Shown: piece after piece, positions 10,737 through 19,000 of the stretch
Layout: every line of letters begins with the position of its first letter
Position numbering within the stretch: position 1 is the first letter of the stretch
Source of the DNA: Patescibacteria group bacterium
GTDB lineage: Bacteria; Patescibacteriota; Patescibacteriia; UBA9934; GWF2-40-263
Direction: 5' to 3'
DNA length: 64,000 nucleotides
Assembly: GCA_018814025.1 (NCBI GenBank)
Contig: JAHJAM010000002.1
Coordinates: 2,798-66,797 of the forward strand
Program-made: the position numbers and the translations under genes
Notes under the pieces: generated by a model
What the model was told of the DNA's origin: nothing
Seen by the model: the letters and a program-made list of their open reading frames with translations, nothing else
Database searches by the model: none

Positions 10737-11732
10737 TTAGGCAGCGAGTCTGATTTGTGCGAACAAGCCGTTCCAACCGCCAATTTGTTGCCAGTTAATC
10801 GGTTTGGCGTTTCGGTAGGTTCGGTCTGGTCGAGCGCGTAACTTTGGATCTTCATGGAAACGTCGGAGATATTCAGCCTGGGTAATGATCCCGAGTTTGC
10901 GTATCGCTCCAATCACCTCGTTCAAGGTTTCGTAAGCGTCATGGCGCCTGGTTCGGCCAAGAAAAGCTGGCCAACCACCGTAGGCTTTCCAGACGCGATA
11001 GAATTTTTGATCTGGATGCGAGTAGAGACGCGGATCTTCGCGATAGCGCCGCTCATATTCCGGTTGGGATTGTATTCCTAAGCGGATTGCGGCTTCTGAA
11101 CAGATTTTCCAGTTCGCGTATTTTTTTGTTGGTTTTCTTCGGTTGAAAAATCCGTACCAACCGCCGTTTGATCGCCAATACTTTTTGTAACGATTCCACG
11201 GATCGGCCGGCAGGCGCGGATCTTCGTCATAACGCAACGCGTATTCCGTTTTTGTTTTGATACCAAGAGTGGCAACGGCAGCCGCGGCTTCATAGATGTT
11301 TGGATAGTAAGGGCCGCGTGCGGGTTTGGGTTTACGCTGAAGAAATGTATCCCAACCCGGCCAATCCGGATATTTGAATCGCGGTTGAGAATGAAGTCGC
11401 AGGTCCAGATACCGTTTGGCGTCGTATTCGCGCGCTGAACGGATATTGAGTTTTATGGCTGATTCGCTTGCCTGTTGCCAAGTTGGGTAATAATGATCCC
11501 TTAATTTTTTTATCAAGAAATCATCCCAACCTCGCCAGTCATTGGCATATTGTCTGGGCGGATTCGGTGGCAACTTGGGATCCAGCTCTTTTTTCTCCCA
11601 GTAGGTTAATTGGGAATAGATTCGGAGTCGGCGGACAGAAATTTTGGCTTCGATAAGGGAATTATAGTAGTCAGGCACTGAAATCTGTTCGCCGTCCAGA
11701 TCGAATAAGGCTGTGACATCTTTTTTTCGCAA
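10737..11732 (-). CDS. repeat protein with 5-6 copies of ~45-aa EDPRLP/GGW..FLG repeat
   Basis: Internal tandem repeats of the form Y.EA..A..LGI.S..EY...Y.EDPRLP..P...Y..W...GGW..FLG. Confidence 0.55.
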   Translation of the reverse strand: MRKKDVTALFDLDGEQISVPDYYNSLIEAKISVRRLRIYSQLTYWEKKELDPKLPPNPPRQYANDWRGWDDFLIKKLRDHYYPTWQQASESAIKLNIRSAREYDAKRYLDLRLHSQPRFKYPDWPGWDTFLQRKPKPARGPYYPNIYEAAAAVATLGIKTKTEYALRYDEDPRLPADPWNRYKKYWRSNGGWYGFFNRRKPTKKYANWKICSEAAIRLGIQSQPEYERRYREDPRLYSHPDQKFYRVWKAYGGWPAFLGRTRRHDAYETLNEVIGAIRKLGIITQAEYLRRFHEDPKLRARPDRTYRNAKPINWQQIGGWNGLFAQIRLAA

Positions 11733-11811
11733 GGCTGTCTCCTTGTGAAAGAGCGAATTATTGCGGGCGTGGGTAGGATAGCGAAATTTGGGAATATGTC
11801 AAAGGTTGGAT

Positions 11812-13149
11812 ATGATATCAGTGCTTATGCTTCCCGTTAAAATACAAGTTCAAAACAACCATCTGCCGGACAGTCCAGGCGTGTATTTTTATTACGACCG
11901 GGCCGGGGAGTTGCTGTATATAGGCAAAGCCACTTCATTAAAGAAACGCGTGGGGTCATATTTCGTTAAAGCTCACGACGACCGGATTGGGGAGATGGTC
12001 AGCCAGATTGCGAGGATTGACTATATTGAAACTCCGACCGTGATTGAGGCCTTGGTTTTGGAAGCTAATCAAATCAAGACTAAAAAGCCGAAATATAATA
12101 TTTTGGAACGGGATGACAAAAGCTTTTTGTATTTGGTGATTACTAATGAAGATTATCCGCGGCCGCTCCTGATGCGCGGACAAGAACTCGAGCGATTGGG
12201 AATTGATCCGTTCCGCGCGAAATTGACGGACAAGACCAAGAAAAAGTTTTTGGCCGTGTTCGGGCCGTATACGAGCGGGTCGTCACTTAAAAAAGCTTTG
12301 GATCTGATTCGCAAATTTATTCCTTGGTCGGATTGTTGGCCGCCGGAAGCGACCGGGCGCAAGCGAGCCTGTTTTAATGTGCATTTAAGAAAATGTCCGG
12401 GCGTGTGCACGGGCGCGATTAGCAAAAAGGACTATCGGCGCATCATCAAGCATTTGATCATGTTTTTTGAGGGCAAGAAGCTGCAATTGATCAGACAGAT
12501 GGAAAAAGAAATGAAACAGGCGTCCAAAGCGCAGGAATATGAACGGGCCGCGGATTTGCGCAACAAGATTGGCGCGCTCAAGCACATTCGGGATGTGGCT
12601 TTGATTGTTAAAGAAGATTTTGAACTGCCGGTAACACGGGTCAAAGAAGAAATGATTGATTTGGATGGCCGCATCGAGGCCTATGATATTAGCAATATTT
12701 CCGGCACTTCGTCCGTGGGTTCAATGGTCGTGTTTGAGGAAGGCGTGCCGGCCAGGGATAAATATCGCAAGTTCAAAATCAAAACCGTGCCGGGCGCTAA
12801 TGACGTGGCCATGCTGGAGGAAGTGATGCGGCGGCGGTTGAAGCGGTCAAAAGATTATCCGCAAACTTGGCCGTTGCCGGAAATAATGGTGATTGATGGG
12901 GGAGCGGGCCAGGTGAATCGGACGCAAGCGGTTTTGGATGAATTGCGCGTTAAAGTGCGGATTATCGGCATTGCCAAGGGTTTTGACCGCAAGCAAGATC
13001 GGTTGGTTTTTAATCGCGAGGATTTGGAACTGGCGCGCGTGGCCACGCGCGGCAAGGAAATTTTTCAAAAAGCGCGCGATGAAGCGCATCGGTTCGCGAT
13101 TAAGTATCATCGGCAGGTGCGAGGAAGGAAGTCTTTGGGTCAAAATTGA
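11812..13149 (+). CDS. uvrC: excinuclease ABC subunit C (short form)
   Basis: GIY-YIG motif (SPGVYFYY...YIGKATSLKKRVGSYF) and a UvrC central domain. The alternative in-frame starts are TTG 11788 and ATG 11827, so the exact start is ambiguous. Confidence 0.85.
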   Translation: MISVLMLPVKIQVQNNHLPDSPGVYFYYDRAGELLYIGKATSLKKRVGSYFVKAHDDRIGEMVSQIARIDYIETPTVIEALVLEANQIKTKKPKYNILERDDKSFLYLVITNEDYPRPLLMRGQELERLGIDPFRAKLTDKTKKKFLAVFGPYTSGSSLKKALDLIRKFIPWSDCWPPEATGRKRACFNVHLRKCPGVCTGAISKKDYRRIIKHLIMFFEGKKLQLIRQMEKEMKQASKAQEYERAADLRNKIGALKHIRDVALIVKEDFELPVTRVKEEMIDLDGRIEAYDISNISGTSSVGSMVVFEEGVPARDKYRKFKIKTVPGANDVAMLEEVMRRRLKRSKDYPQTWPLPEIMVIDGGAGQVNRTQAVLDELRVKVRIIGIAKGFDRKQDRLVFNREDLELARVATRGKEIFQKARDEAHRFAIKYHRQVRGRKSLGQN

Positions 13150-13207
13150 TTTTTCCACAGCCAAGACGGTTGACAAAGGCGATTTTTTTGGTTATGTTAA
13201 ATAGACT

Positions 13208-13552
13208 ATGGGGAAAATTTTACAACAAATTGAAAAGATTCAGGGAATCTTAGTGACCATGGACAAGCGTTTTGATTCCATGGATGGGCGGATTAATACT
13301 GTTGAAAGATCCATAAATCAGATAATGGATTTTTTGAAAGAACACATGTTAATGCGTCAGGAGGCGTATGAGATTTTTGTCACAAAAGATGAGGCAAAGG
13401 TTATGAAGGATGAGTTATTGACGGCAATTGATGGGAATACAAAGAAAGTAAACGATTTTGATGCTGAATTGGCGGCTGGAAGATCTCACAGACTAAGACT
13501 AGAGGGTAGAGTGGACAAAATTGAGAAGAAAATGGGAATTGCCTCAGCTTAA
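13208..13552 (+). CDS. hypothetical coiled-coil protein
   Basis: 114-aa ORF, heptad-rich. A bidirectional terminator follows at 13555-13595. Confidence 0.4.
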   Translation: MGKILQQIEKIQGILVTMDKRFDSMDGRINTVERSINQIMDFLKEHMLMRQEAYEIFVTKDEAKVMKDELLTAIDGNTKKVNDFDAELAAGRSHRLRLEGRVDKIEKKMGIASA

Positions 13553-13554
13553 AA

Positions 13555-13595
13555 ATAAAAAAAGCCGCCCTCGGAGTACCGGGGGCGGTTTTTTG
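13555..13595. terminator. bidirectional terminator
   Basis: ccgccctcgg-agta-ccgggggcgg with A-run and T-run flanks. Confidence 0.5.
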
Positions 13596-13603
13596 GTCGG
13601 CGG

Positions 13604-14227
13604 TTAAGCGAAATTGATGATTTCGCCGCCATCCGGCCAGGGTGATGGGCAATAGCCGCTGAGCGTAATGAACAGGACCGGCGGCGCTTCTTGGCGCCAG
13701 CCTTGAAGAACAGCCGCGATTTGGTGCGGATGATCCGGCCGCATTTCTTGCCGGCAAATGTTTTTGGCCATCGTGATGATGACCGCTGAGTTTAAAGATT
13801 CTCGCCCCGTGAATTTGGAGGCGCTTTGGGCGCCCGGTTTCAGGTTGAGCCGGAGAAGATTATCCGAACGCAGGATTTTATTTGGCCGGAAGGATTGGCC
13901 CGAATAGAGCTTTTTGGCTTTGGAACGCCACCAGCCTTGCGAGACGATCGAGAGATCGATTGGCGCACTGCTAATGACCAGCACCCAATCAGCCAGGACG
14001 ATTTGTGTGCCGTCCGCGGAAATCGCGACCGCCTGATCAAAATCTTTTTCCGCTTGCGCCACAATTTCGGAGACGAGAATCGATAGATCGGGTTCGGTTT
14101 CGTCTTGGCAAAAAGTGCGGAATGGTTGGCCGGGTTTAAGATTTTGTCGCTCTCGAAGTTTTGAAGCAACGCGGTGCAGGGAGAATTGGCGTCGCAATTC
14201 CTCGTTGGTTCTGGAAAAAAGAACCAT
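13604..14227 (-). CDS. hypothetical protein, paralog A of gene 16135..17106
   Basis: The N-terminus M.LF...EELR..F, the segment AVAISADGTQIVLADWVLVI and the C-terminal SGYCPSPWP..EII all align with paralog B. The SD GAGGAAAAA precedes the ATG. Confidence 0.55.
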   Translation of the reverse strand: MVLFSRTNEELRRQFSLHRVASKLRERQNLKPGQPFRTFCQDETEPDLSILVSEIVAQAEKDFDQAVAISADGTQIVLADWVLVISSAPIDLSIVSQGWWRSKAKKLYSGQSFRPNKILRSDNLLRLNLKPGAQSASKFTGRESLNSAVIITMAKNICRQEMRPDHPHQIAAVLQGWRQEAPPVLFITLSGYCPSPWPDGGEIINFA

Positions 14228-14334
14228 TTTTTCCTCGGGTCAGGCAAAAGCGTTATGCCGGTTTGGGTTTATATTTCGGATCAGTTTTTATACAATTTCA
14301 TTGAAGCAAATTGCGCTCCGTACGTCAAAATAAA

Positions 14335-14362
14335 AAACCGCTCTCGGATGAGAGCGGAAAGA
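14335..14362 (-). terminator. rho-independent terminator after the small membrane gene
   Basis: On the minus strand, ccgctctc-atccg-agagcgg followed by TTTTTTATTTT. Confidence 0.5.
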
Positions 14363-14365
14363 GAT

Positions 14366-14596
14366 TTACGGTCGCGGACTGCTGATCAATTCGCGAACTT
14401 GCTGATAGCCGCGAATGAACGCATAGCCAACCAGAGAAAGGTGCATGGCCACGATCAGACACAGCCACCAGAGGCCGTGGGCGCGCCAGAGGACTAGGAT
14501 GAATGCGCCGCCAAGGACCGTGAAAAAGAGCAAAAAACCGATGAGATAAGCATTGACGATATCCCGTTCGGAAGGCGGCCAATGCATTTGGCGCAT
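14366..14596 (-). CDS. small membrane protein (2 TM)
   Basis: 76 aa. Its ATG lies 1 nt after the upstream stop (TAA-A-ATG), which suggests translational coupling. The SD GGGGT lies inside the upstream gene. Confidence 0.45.
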   Translation of the reverse strand: MRQMHWPPSERDIVNAYLIGFLLFFTVLGGAFILVLWRAHGLWWLCLIVAMHLSLVGYAFIRGYQQVRELISSPRP

Positions 14597-14599
14597 GTT

Positions 14600-14986
14600 T
14601 TACCCCGCCCAAAAACCGGAATAAACGGTTCCGTTATGGTGGAGATGGATGAAGATTTCCGCGCGCCAGCCTTCGTCTAGGCGGTCTTTCATGGCATTGC
14701 CCAGAAAAGAGGCCAGGCGGGCCGCGGCTTTCAAAGGATCATTCGGACTTTCGTGCGGACTGATTTCCACGGTCGCCACCACGGTTTTGTCTGCACCTGG
14801 TTCGGTTTGCGACGGGCCGAAGACCACATGGACCATCTCTTTCCGGATGATGCCGGGCAGGCGCGCATCCAGGACATGACGGCGCATGTCTTCGCGCACT
14901 ACGAATTGCCAGGTGTCGTTTAGGTTGGGTCTGCGTTCCGGATCGTTGAGACTGGCCGGCCAGTTTGAGATCGTAATCAACGTCAT
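14600..14986 (-). CDS. tautomerase-superfamily-like protein, Thr instead of Pro at position 2
   Basis: The N-terminus MTLITISNWP parallels MPLITVWNWP of gene 15607..15984, and the C-terminus resembles MIF-like tautomerases. The start was re-set to the ATG with SD GAGGTG; the longer ORF call from 15214 was rejected. Confidence 0.4.
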   Translation of the reverse strand: MTLITISNWPASLNDPERRPNLNDTWQFVVREDMRRHVLDARLPGIIRKEMVHVVFGPSQTEPGADKTVVATVEISPHESPNDPLKAAARLASFLGNAMKDRLDEGWRAEIFIHLHHNGTVYSGFWAG

Positions 14987-14994
14987 GTTCCACC

Positions 14995-15150
14995 TCACCG
15001 ATTGTCTGTGGTGTAGGACGGCTTCTCGGTCGGCGCCTTGGGCACGGGTTCGGTATAAAGGTAAAATGTCCCGGCGATTAGGATTAGCGCTATAACAATG
15101 CTGAAAATGGTCAGGATGCGAGTGTCGCGCTCGCTGTTGGCCTTGCTCAC
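14995..15150 (-). CDS. small hydrophobic ORF (51 aa, GTG start)
   Basis: The SD GGAGG sits 6 nt upstream of GTG, and a TTGACA-17-TATCTT promoter lies just upstream. The ORF overlaps the RBS of the next gene. It is absent from the ORF track because it is shorter than 60 aa. Confidence 0.3.
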   Translation of the reverse strand: MSKANSERDTRILTIFSIVIALILIAGTFYLYTEPVPKAPTEKPSYTTDNR

Positions 15151-15185
15151 AACAAACCTCCGTAGTTGTCTCTCGCGGACAGCTT

Positions 15186-15214
15186 AAGATAGCCATTTTG
15201 GGGAAATTTGTCAA
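15186..15214 (-). promoter_or_regulatory. sigma70-like promoter (TTGACA-17-TATCTT)
   Basis: Read on the minus strand. It sits between the terminator of the 97-aa tautomerase gene and the small ORF. Confidence 0.45.
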
Positions 15215-15267
15215 GTGTTTCGGATAAAGATCGAAGGCGACCCATTGTTTAATTAAAAGAAAAAGCC

Positions 15268-15287
15268 CCGAGCTGGCTCGGGGCGTG
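15268..15287 (-). terminator. rho-independent terminator
   Basis: GCCCCGAGCCAGCTCGGGGC hairpin followed by TTTTTCTTTT on the minus strand. Confidence 0.55.
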
Positions 15288-15289
15288 GA

Positions 15290-15583
15290 TTAGGTAACGG
15301 GTTTGGGTCCGGGGATGTCGTCAATCGAATCCACAAATACCAAGAAGGATTCATTGGCCACGGGAACGTATTCGGCCGTGGTTGGGTGAAGGAACTGATT
15401 CGCGACGAGCAGCCGTTGGGTTTTGATGATTTCGGTAAAATGGGTGTGATGCTGGAGAATGCTTCCAAGATTAGCCCCTTGTTCAAAGCAATAACTGTAG
15501 ATTCTTTTTGAGGCTGAATTATGCTCCCAGTCTTCGCCGGGTTTGAATCGGCCCTCGACGTAGATAATGTTGAGGGAAGGCAT
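15290..15583 (-). CDS. 4-oxalocrotonate tautomerase-like protein (Pro1)
   Basis: MPSLNIIYVEGR is very similar to the canonical 4-OT N-terminus MPIAQIHILEGR. A strong SD AAGGAGACA precedes the ATG. Confidence 0.5.
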   Translation of the reverse strand: MPSLNIIYVEGRFKPGEDWEHNSASKRIYSYCFEQGANLGSILQHHTHFTEIIKTQRLLVANQFLHPTTAEYVPVANESFLVFVDSIDDIPGPKPVT

Positions 15584-15606
15584 GGGTGTCTCCTTTCGCT
15601 TCGGAG

Positions 15607-15984
15607 TCAGACGCAGAATCCGTCCTTGACCGGGTCAAAGCGCTTGACCGCGACCTCGACGTTCCATTCGTGAGTGGTCGTCTTGTTGATAAGTTTCAGA
15701 GCTTGCTGGTGCAAGGTTTCGGCCAGATGCTGACGGATTTCGGAGGTGCGCTCGGGGAGGTCATGTAACAGTTCGACGATGATGATCAGGGTGCGGTCGT
15801 CGGACAAAACCTGCGAGCCGGCGAAGCAGACGCTGACCAGTTCCGGGCCGTCGATGCCAGGCACTTCTGCGGACACGCAAGCCTCGCGCAGCAGATGGGC
15901 AAAACCATTCTGTCCTTGGATAGTGCCGTCGGAAAACGGTGTGGAAAATTCCACGGGCCAGTTCCAAACTGTGATCAGGGGCAT
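15607..15984 (-). CDS. tautomerase-superfamily protein (Pro1, ~126 aa long form)
   Basis: The N-terminal MPLITVWNWP has Pro directly after Met followed by a beta-strand-like hydrophobic pattern. The SD AAGGAGA precedes the ATG. The start was re-set from the ORF-track 16032. Confidence 0.5.
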   Translation of the reverse strand: MPLITVWNWPVEFSTPFSDGTIQGQNGFAHLLREACVSAEVPGIDGPELVSVCFAGSQVLSDDRTLIIIVELLHDLPERTSEIRQHLAETLHQQALKLINKTTTHEWNVEVAVKRFDPVKDGFCV

Positions 15985-16080
15985 GGGTTGTCTCCTTTTG
16001 AAAGAACGATTCACCTTTTGAAGCCGTGACAAACGCGTCGCGGGCTCAAGAAGTGCCCCGAGCGGACTTGGGGCAAGCTA

Positions 16081-16113
16081 CGAGGTTTTTTACGATCGTA
16101 AAAAACCTCGTAA
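16081..16113. repeat. 33-bp perfect palindrome TACGAGGTTTTTTACGATCGTAAAAAACCTCGTA
   Basis: Perfect dyad with a CGATCG centre. A second copy with a compensatory G-to-A / C-to-T change in the arms lies at 32641-32673. Confidence 0.8.
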
Positions 16114-16134
16114 GAAAGAATTTGCGGTAGTGAT

Positions 16135-17106
16135 CTAGCGGACTCGGCGCGGAATGATTTTTGTCGGTTCCGGCAGAGGATATTGGCAATTGGACGCGGT
16201 GGTGATGAAACGACGCGTGTTGTCAAAGTATTTTTCGTCGCGCAAGTAGATCTGGTTGAGGGCATTGAAGTCTTCGAGCGTGAGTTTGGTGTGTTCGAGC
16301 CAAGAAAGAAAGTTGATCTTACGGTCATTCTCTTCAAGATAACCAATATCGGTCAAGAAAAGCTGGTCGCTTTTCGCTATGGCGCAATAAAAGGCTTCGC
16401 GGTGTTGCCGGCCCGTATCGCTCAGCATAATTTTTTGTTGAAGAAACGGCGTTTCCGGATAGAGTAAAAAACGATCCTTTTCGACCACGATCACTTCAGT
16501 CGCGGTGATGATTCGAGTTCCATCTTCCGAACAAGCAACTGCGGAGTTGAAATCATCACTTGCTTGTTGTCGAATGGTTTTAATTGAGTGCTGGAGTTCA
16601 TTTACCAAGAAAGTTCTGGCTTTGTGTTTTGGATCCGTGCGGTTTTGCCAAGACCAGAGCAACGCGTCAACAATCATGATCGCATTCGGTGTCGCGGGTT
16701 CACCTTTTGAGTTCGGGAAGAAAATCGCTTTTTCGTGCGATGATGTGAAGATGAAGATCGGGACACTTCCAGTCAGGTAGATCTTTGCTTCGTGTTCAAT
16801 CAGGAAATTCCAGAGGGGGCTGAATTTGTTTTGGGTCAGGTTTTCGCGACACCAGAGTTGGTATTGCGAGTGGGCCGGATTGATTGGCACAGCAAATTTC
16901 TTTAGCACATCATAGTTATCTTCTTTGATGATCCAAGAGAGCTGGATGCGGCAATTGTTCCAAAAGGTCGCATTTGGTTGTTCGACGTTCGACTGTTGAA
17001 CGACTATTTGTTCGACGTTATAACAGCCGAAGTTGGTCTCTTCAGCGAAACGATTCCGGACAAAGGCCTCGCGCAACTCTTCGTAGCTTTTTGTGAAAAG
17101 AGCCAT
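16135..17106 (-). CDS. hypothetical protein, paralog B of gene 13604..14227 (with insertions)
   Basis: The N- and C-termini and the segment AVACSEDGTRIITATEVIVV align with paralog A. A strong SD AAGGAG is present. Confidence 0.55.
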   Translation of the reverse strand: MALFTKSYEELREAFVRNRFAEETNFGCYNVEQIVVQQSNVEQPNATFWNNCRIQLSWIIKEDNYDVLKKFAVPINPAHSQYQLWCRENLTQNKFSPLWNFLIEHEAKIYLTGSVPIFIFTSSHEKAIFFPNSKGEPATPNAIMIVDALLWSWQNRTDPKHKARTFLVNELQHSIKTIRQQASDDFNSAVACSEDGTRIITATEVIVVEKDRFLLYPETPFLQQKIMLSDTGRQHREAFYCAIAKSDQLFLTDIGYLEENDRKINFLSWLEHTKLTLEDFNALNQIYLRDEKYFDNTRRFITTASNCQYPLPEPTKIIPRRVR

Positions 17107-17234
17107 GATCTTACTCCTTCTACGGAGGGTGTTCGCTGGTTTCTAGGCCTTGAACACCGGTTAATCGAATGGGCAGAACATCTACCCAAAGGACACGTTA
17201 AGTTAGCCAGTTTTGTAGGATTTGTCAAGGAGAG

Positions 17235-17262
17235 GGTAGGTAGGGAAATAGTAGGTAGGGTA
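17235..17262. repeat. dispersed motif GGTAGGTAGGGAAATAGTAGGTAGGGTAA
   Basis: One copy of the GTAGGTAGGG repeat family; other copies are listed in the findings. Confidence 0.7.
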
Positions 17263-17329
17263 AAAGGGAGTTATCCACAGATAAAAATATTTTCTTGATT
17301 TTAAAGGGAAAAATTAGTGGCTTAAAGTG

Positions 17330-17358
17330 TTGACGCATGTATGATGGTGGGATATGAT
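17330..17358 (+). promoter_or_regulatory. mraZ promoter (TTGACG-17-TATGAT)
   Basis: Near-consensus -35 and -10 hexamers with 17-nt spacing, about 110 nt upstream of mraZ. Confidence 0.5.
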
Positions 17359-17382
17359 GGAGGCATGTGGAAATAAGTGGGG
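17343..17382 (+). promoter_or_regulatory. putative MraZ operator: four (G/A)TGG(G/A) direct repeats at 10-bp periodicity
   Basis: gatggtggg / gatatgatgga / ggcatgtgga / aataagtgggg, each unit ending at 17350, 17360, 17370 and 17380. E. coli MraZ binds GTGGG repeats with 10-bp spacing that overlap its own promoter. Confidence 0.4.
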
Positions 17383-17468
17383 ATTGGCCGGACTGGATCT
17401 GGCTGATGCTCACTTTTTATTTTTTAAGTGTTCCACTTCATTTTTCCTGAGTTGAATCACAGTTCAAT

Positions 17469-17900
17469 ATGTTTATTGGAGAATACAAACATAACATTGA
17501 CGAGAAAGGACGCTTAGCCATCCCGGTTAAGTTTCGTTCTGACTTGGCCAAAGGAGCTGTGGTGACGCGAGGTCTGGATACTTCGCTTTTCCTGTTCCCC
17601 ATGGAGGAGTGGGACAAGTTGGCTCAGAAATTAGCTAATTTGCCCCTGGGGCAGTCCAACAGCCGTGCCATCGCCCGACTCATGCTTGCGGGTGCTATGG
17701 ACGTAGAAATGGACAAACAGGGAAGGGTAGTAATCCCGGAGTACCTGCGAGAATACGCGGGTATGAAAAAAACAGTCGTTTTAGCCGGACTATATAACCG
17801 ACTAGAGATCTGGGAACAAAGTAAATGGGAAGAGTACAAAGCCGCAACCGAAAAGGACGCGGAAGAAATCGCGGAAACATTAGGAGAGCTAGGAATTTAA
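17469..17900 (+). CDS. mraZ: transcriptional regulator MraZ
   Basis: MFIGEYKHNIDEKGRLAIP and the duplicated DXXXR-type halves; 143 aa. Confidence 0.9.
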   Translation: MFIGEYKHNIDEKGRLAIPVKFRSDLAKGAVVTRGLDTSLFLFPMEEWDKLAQKLANLPLGQSNSRAIARLMLAGAMDVEMDKQGRVVIPEYLREYAGMKKTVVLAGLYNRLEIWEQSKWEEYKAATEKDAEEIAETLGELGI

Positions 17901-17923
17901 TTCGAACATAGGGTAACGCGATT

Positions 17924-18043
17924 ATCACACATCAGCTTGTCGATGTGTGATAGACGTGCAACCTTACGTGAGCCAAAGCGAGAGAAAAGAAAAGTTTACT
18001 TTTCTTTTCCGAGCGCGGCGAACGCAAAGGGCGTGAGCCCTTT
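17924..18043 (+). promoter_or_regulatory. three consecutive stem-loops in the mraZ-rsmH intergenic region
   Basis: First, TATCACACATC-N7-GATGTGTGATA, an 11-bp perfect stem. Second, AGAAAAGAAAAGT-TT-ACTTTTCTTTTC. Third, AAAGGGC-GTGA-GCCCTTT. Confidence 0.4.
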
Positions 18044-18055
18044 ATCCAATAAGGT

Positions 18056-18934
18056 ATGATTGCGCACAAACCGGTTTTGCTCGAGGAAGTGATTGCTCTT
18101 CTTGAGCCAAAATCGAACCAGAGTTTTATTGACGCCACAGTGGGGCAGGGTGGGCATGCTCACGAGATATTGAGCCATACCCATCCTGATGGGCGTCTGC
18201 TGGGCATCGACCGCGATGCTCCGAATCTCAACATCGCCAAAAAGCGCCTTAAGCCTTTTGGTGCGCGAGCGGTTCTGGTTCAGGACAGCTACGCCAACGT
18301 AAGCACCCACGCTTATGCTCATAAATTTTCTCAAGTTGATGCCATCCTGGTGGATCTGGGTTTCTCCTCGGCTCACATTGATGATCCGAAGCGAGGCTTC
18401 AGTTTTCAACAGGAAGGGCCTTTAGACATGAGGTATGACACGCGGCAGAAGTTAACGGCCGCGGAGATCGTCAACACTTGGGATGAAGATGAGCTCGCTC
18501 GGGTCTTTAGAAAATTAGGAGAGGAAACTTATGCTCGTCAGATTGCCAAAGCAATCGTGAAAGCCCGTGTGCTAGGGGACTTTCAGACCACGACCCAGCT
18601 CGCTGAGCTGATTGTCAAAAATAAACGTCGTGGCGGAAAGATCCATCCGGCAACGCAGGTTTTCCAGGCTTTGCGCATGACCGTGAATCGTGAGCTGGAG
18701 GAACTCGAGAAGGCTCTACCGGAGTTTGTCTCGCTTCTTCGGCCAGGAGGACGGCTGGCGGTCATATCCTTCCATTCCTTGGAGGACAGAATTATTAAAC
18801 AGTTCTTTGCGGATAAACAAAAAAACAAAGAAATAAAGATCCAAACTAAAAGACCAATCACTGCGACTTTGTCAGAAATAAAAAGCAATCCTCGGGCGCG
18901 CAGCGCCAAGCTACGAGTCGCGGAAACAGTATAA
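18056..18934 (+). CDS. rsmH: 16S rRNA (cytosine1402-N4)-methyltransferase
   Basis: HKPVLLEEVI...DATVGQGGHA, a SAM-binding motif typical of RsmH/MraW. Confidence 0.9.
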   Translation: MIAHKPVLLEEVIALLEPKSNQSFIDATVGQGGHAHEILSHTHPDGRLLGIDRDAPNLNIAKKRLKPFGARAVLVQDSYANVSTHAYAHKFSQVDAILVDLGFSSAHIDDPKRGFSFQQEGPLDMRYDTRQKLTAAEIVNTWDEDELARVFRKLGEETYARQIAKAIVKARVLGDFQTTTQLAELIVKNKRRGGKIHPATQVFQALRMTVNRELEELEKALPEFVSLLRPGGRLAVISFHSLEDRIIKQFFADKQKNKEIKIQTKRPITATLSEIKSNPRARSAKLRVAETV

Positions 18935-18978
18935 GGGTCAGGCCAAATATCCTTAAATGGATCTCTGCATCAGGAAGG

Positions 18979-19000
18979 GTAGAAAGTAGAAAGTAGAAAG
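18979..19000. repeat. TAGAAAG x3 tandem 7-mer array
   Basis: gtagaaagtagaaagtagaaag. A related array overlaps the uvrB stop at 6231-6275. Confidence 0.7.

Noticed and set aside
14987-15214. Long form of the Thr1 tautomerase-like gene (ORF track 14600..15214)
   Set aside because: The extension would run through a clear promoter and the small GTG-initiated ORF. The internal ATG has a good SD, and it reproduces the M(P/T)LIT(V/I).NWP N-terminus shared with the paralog.
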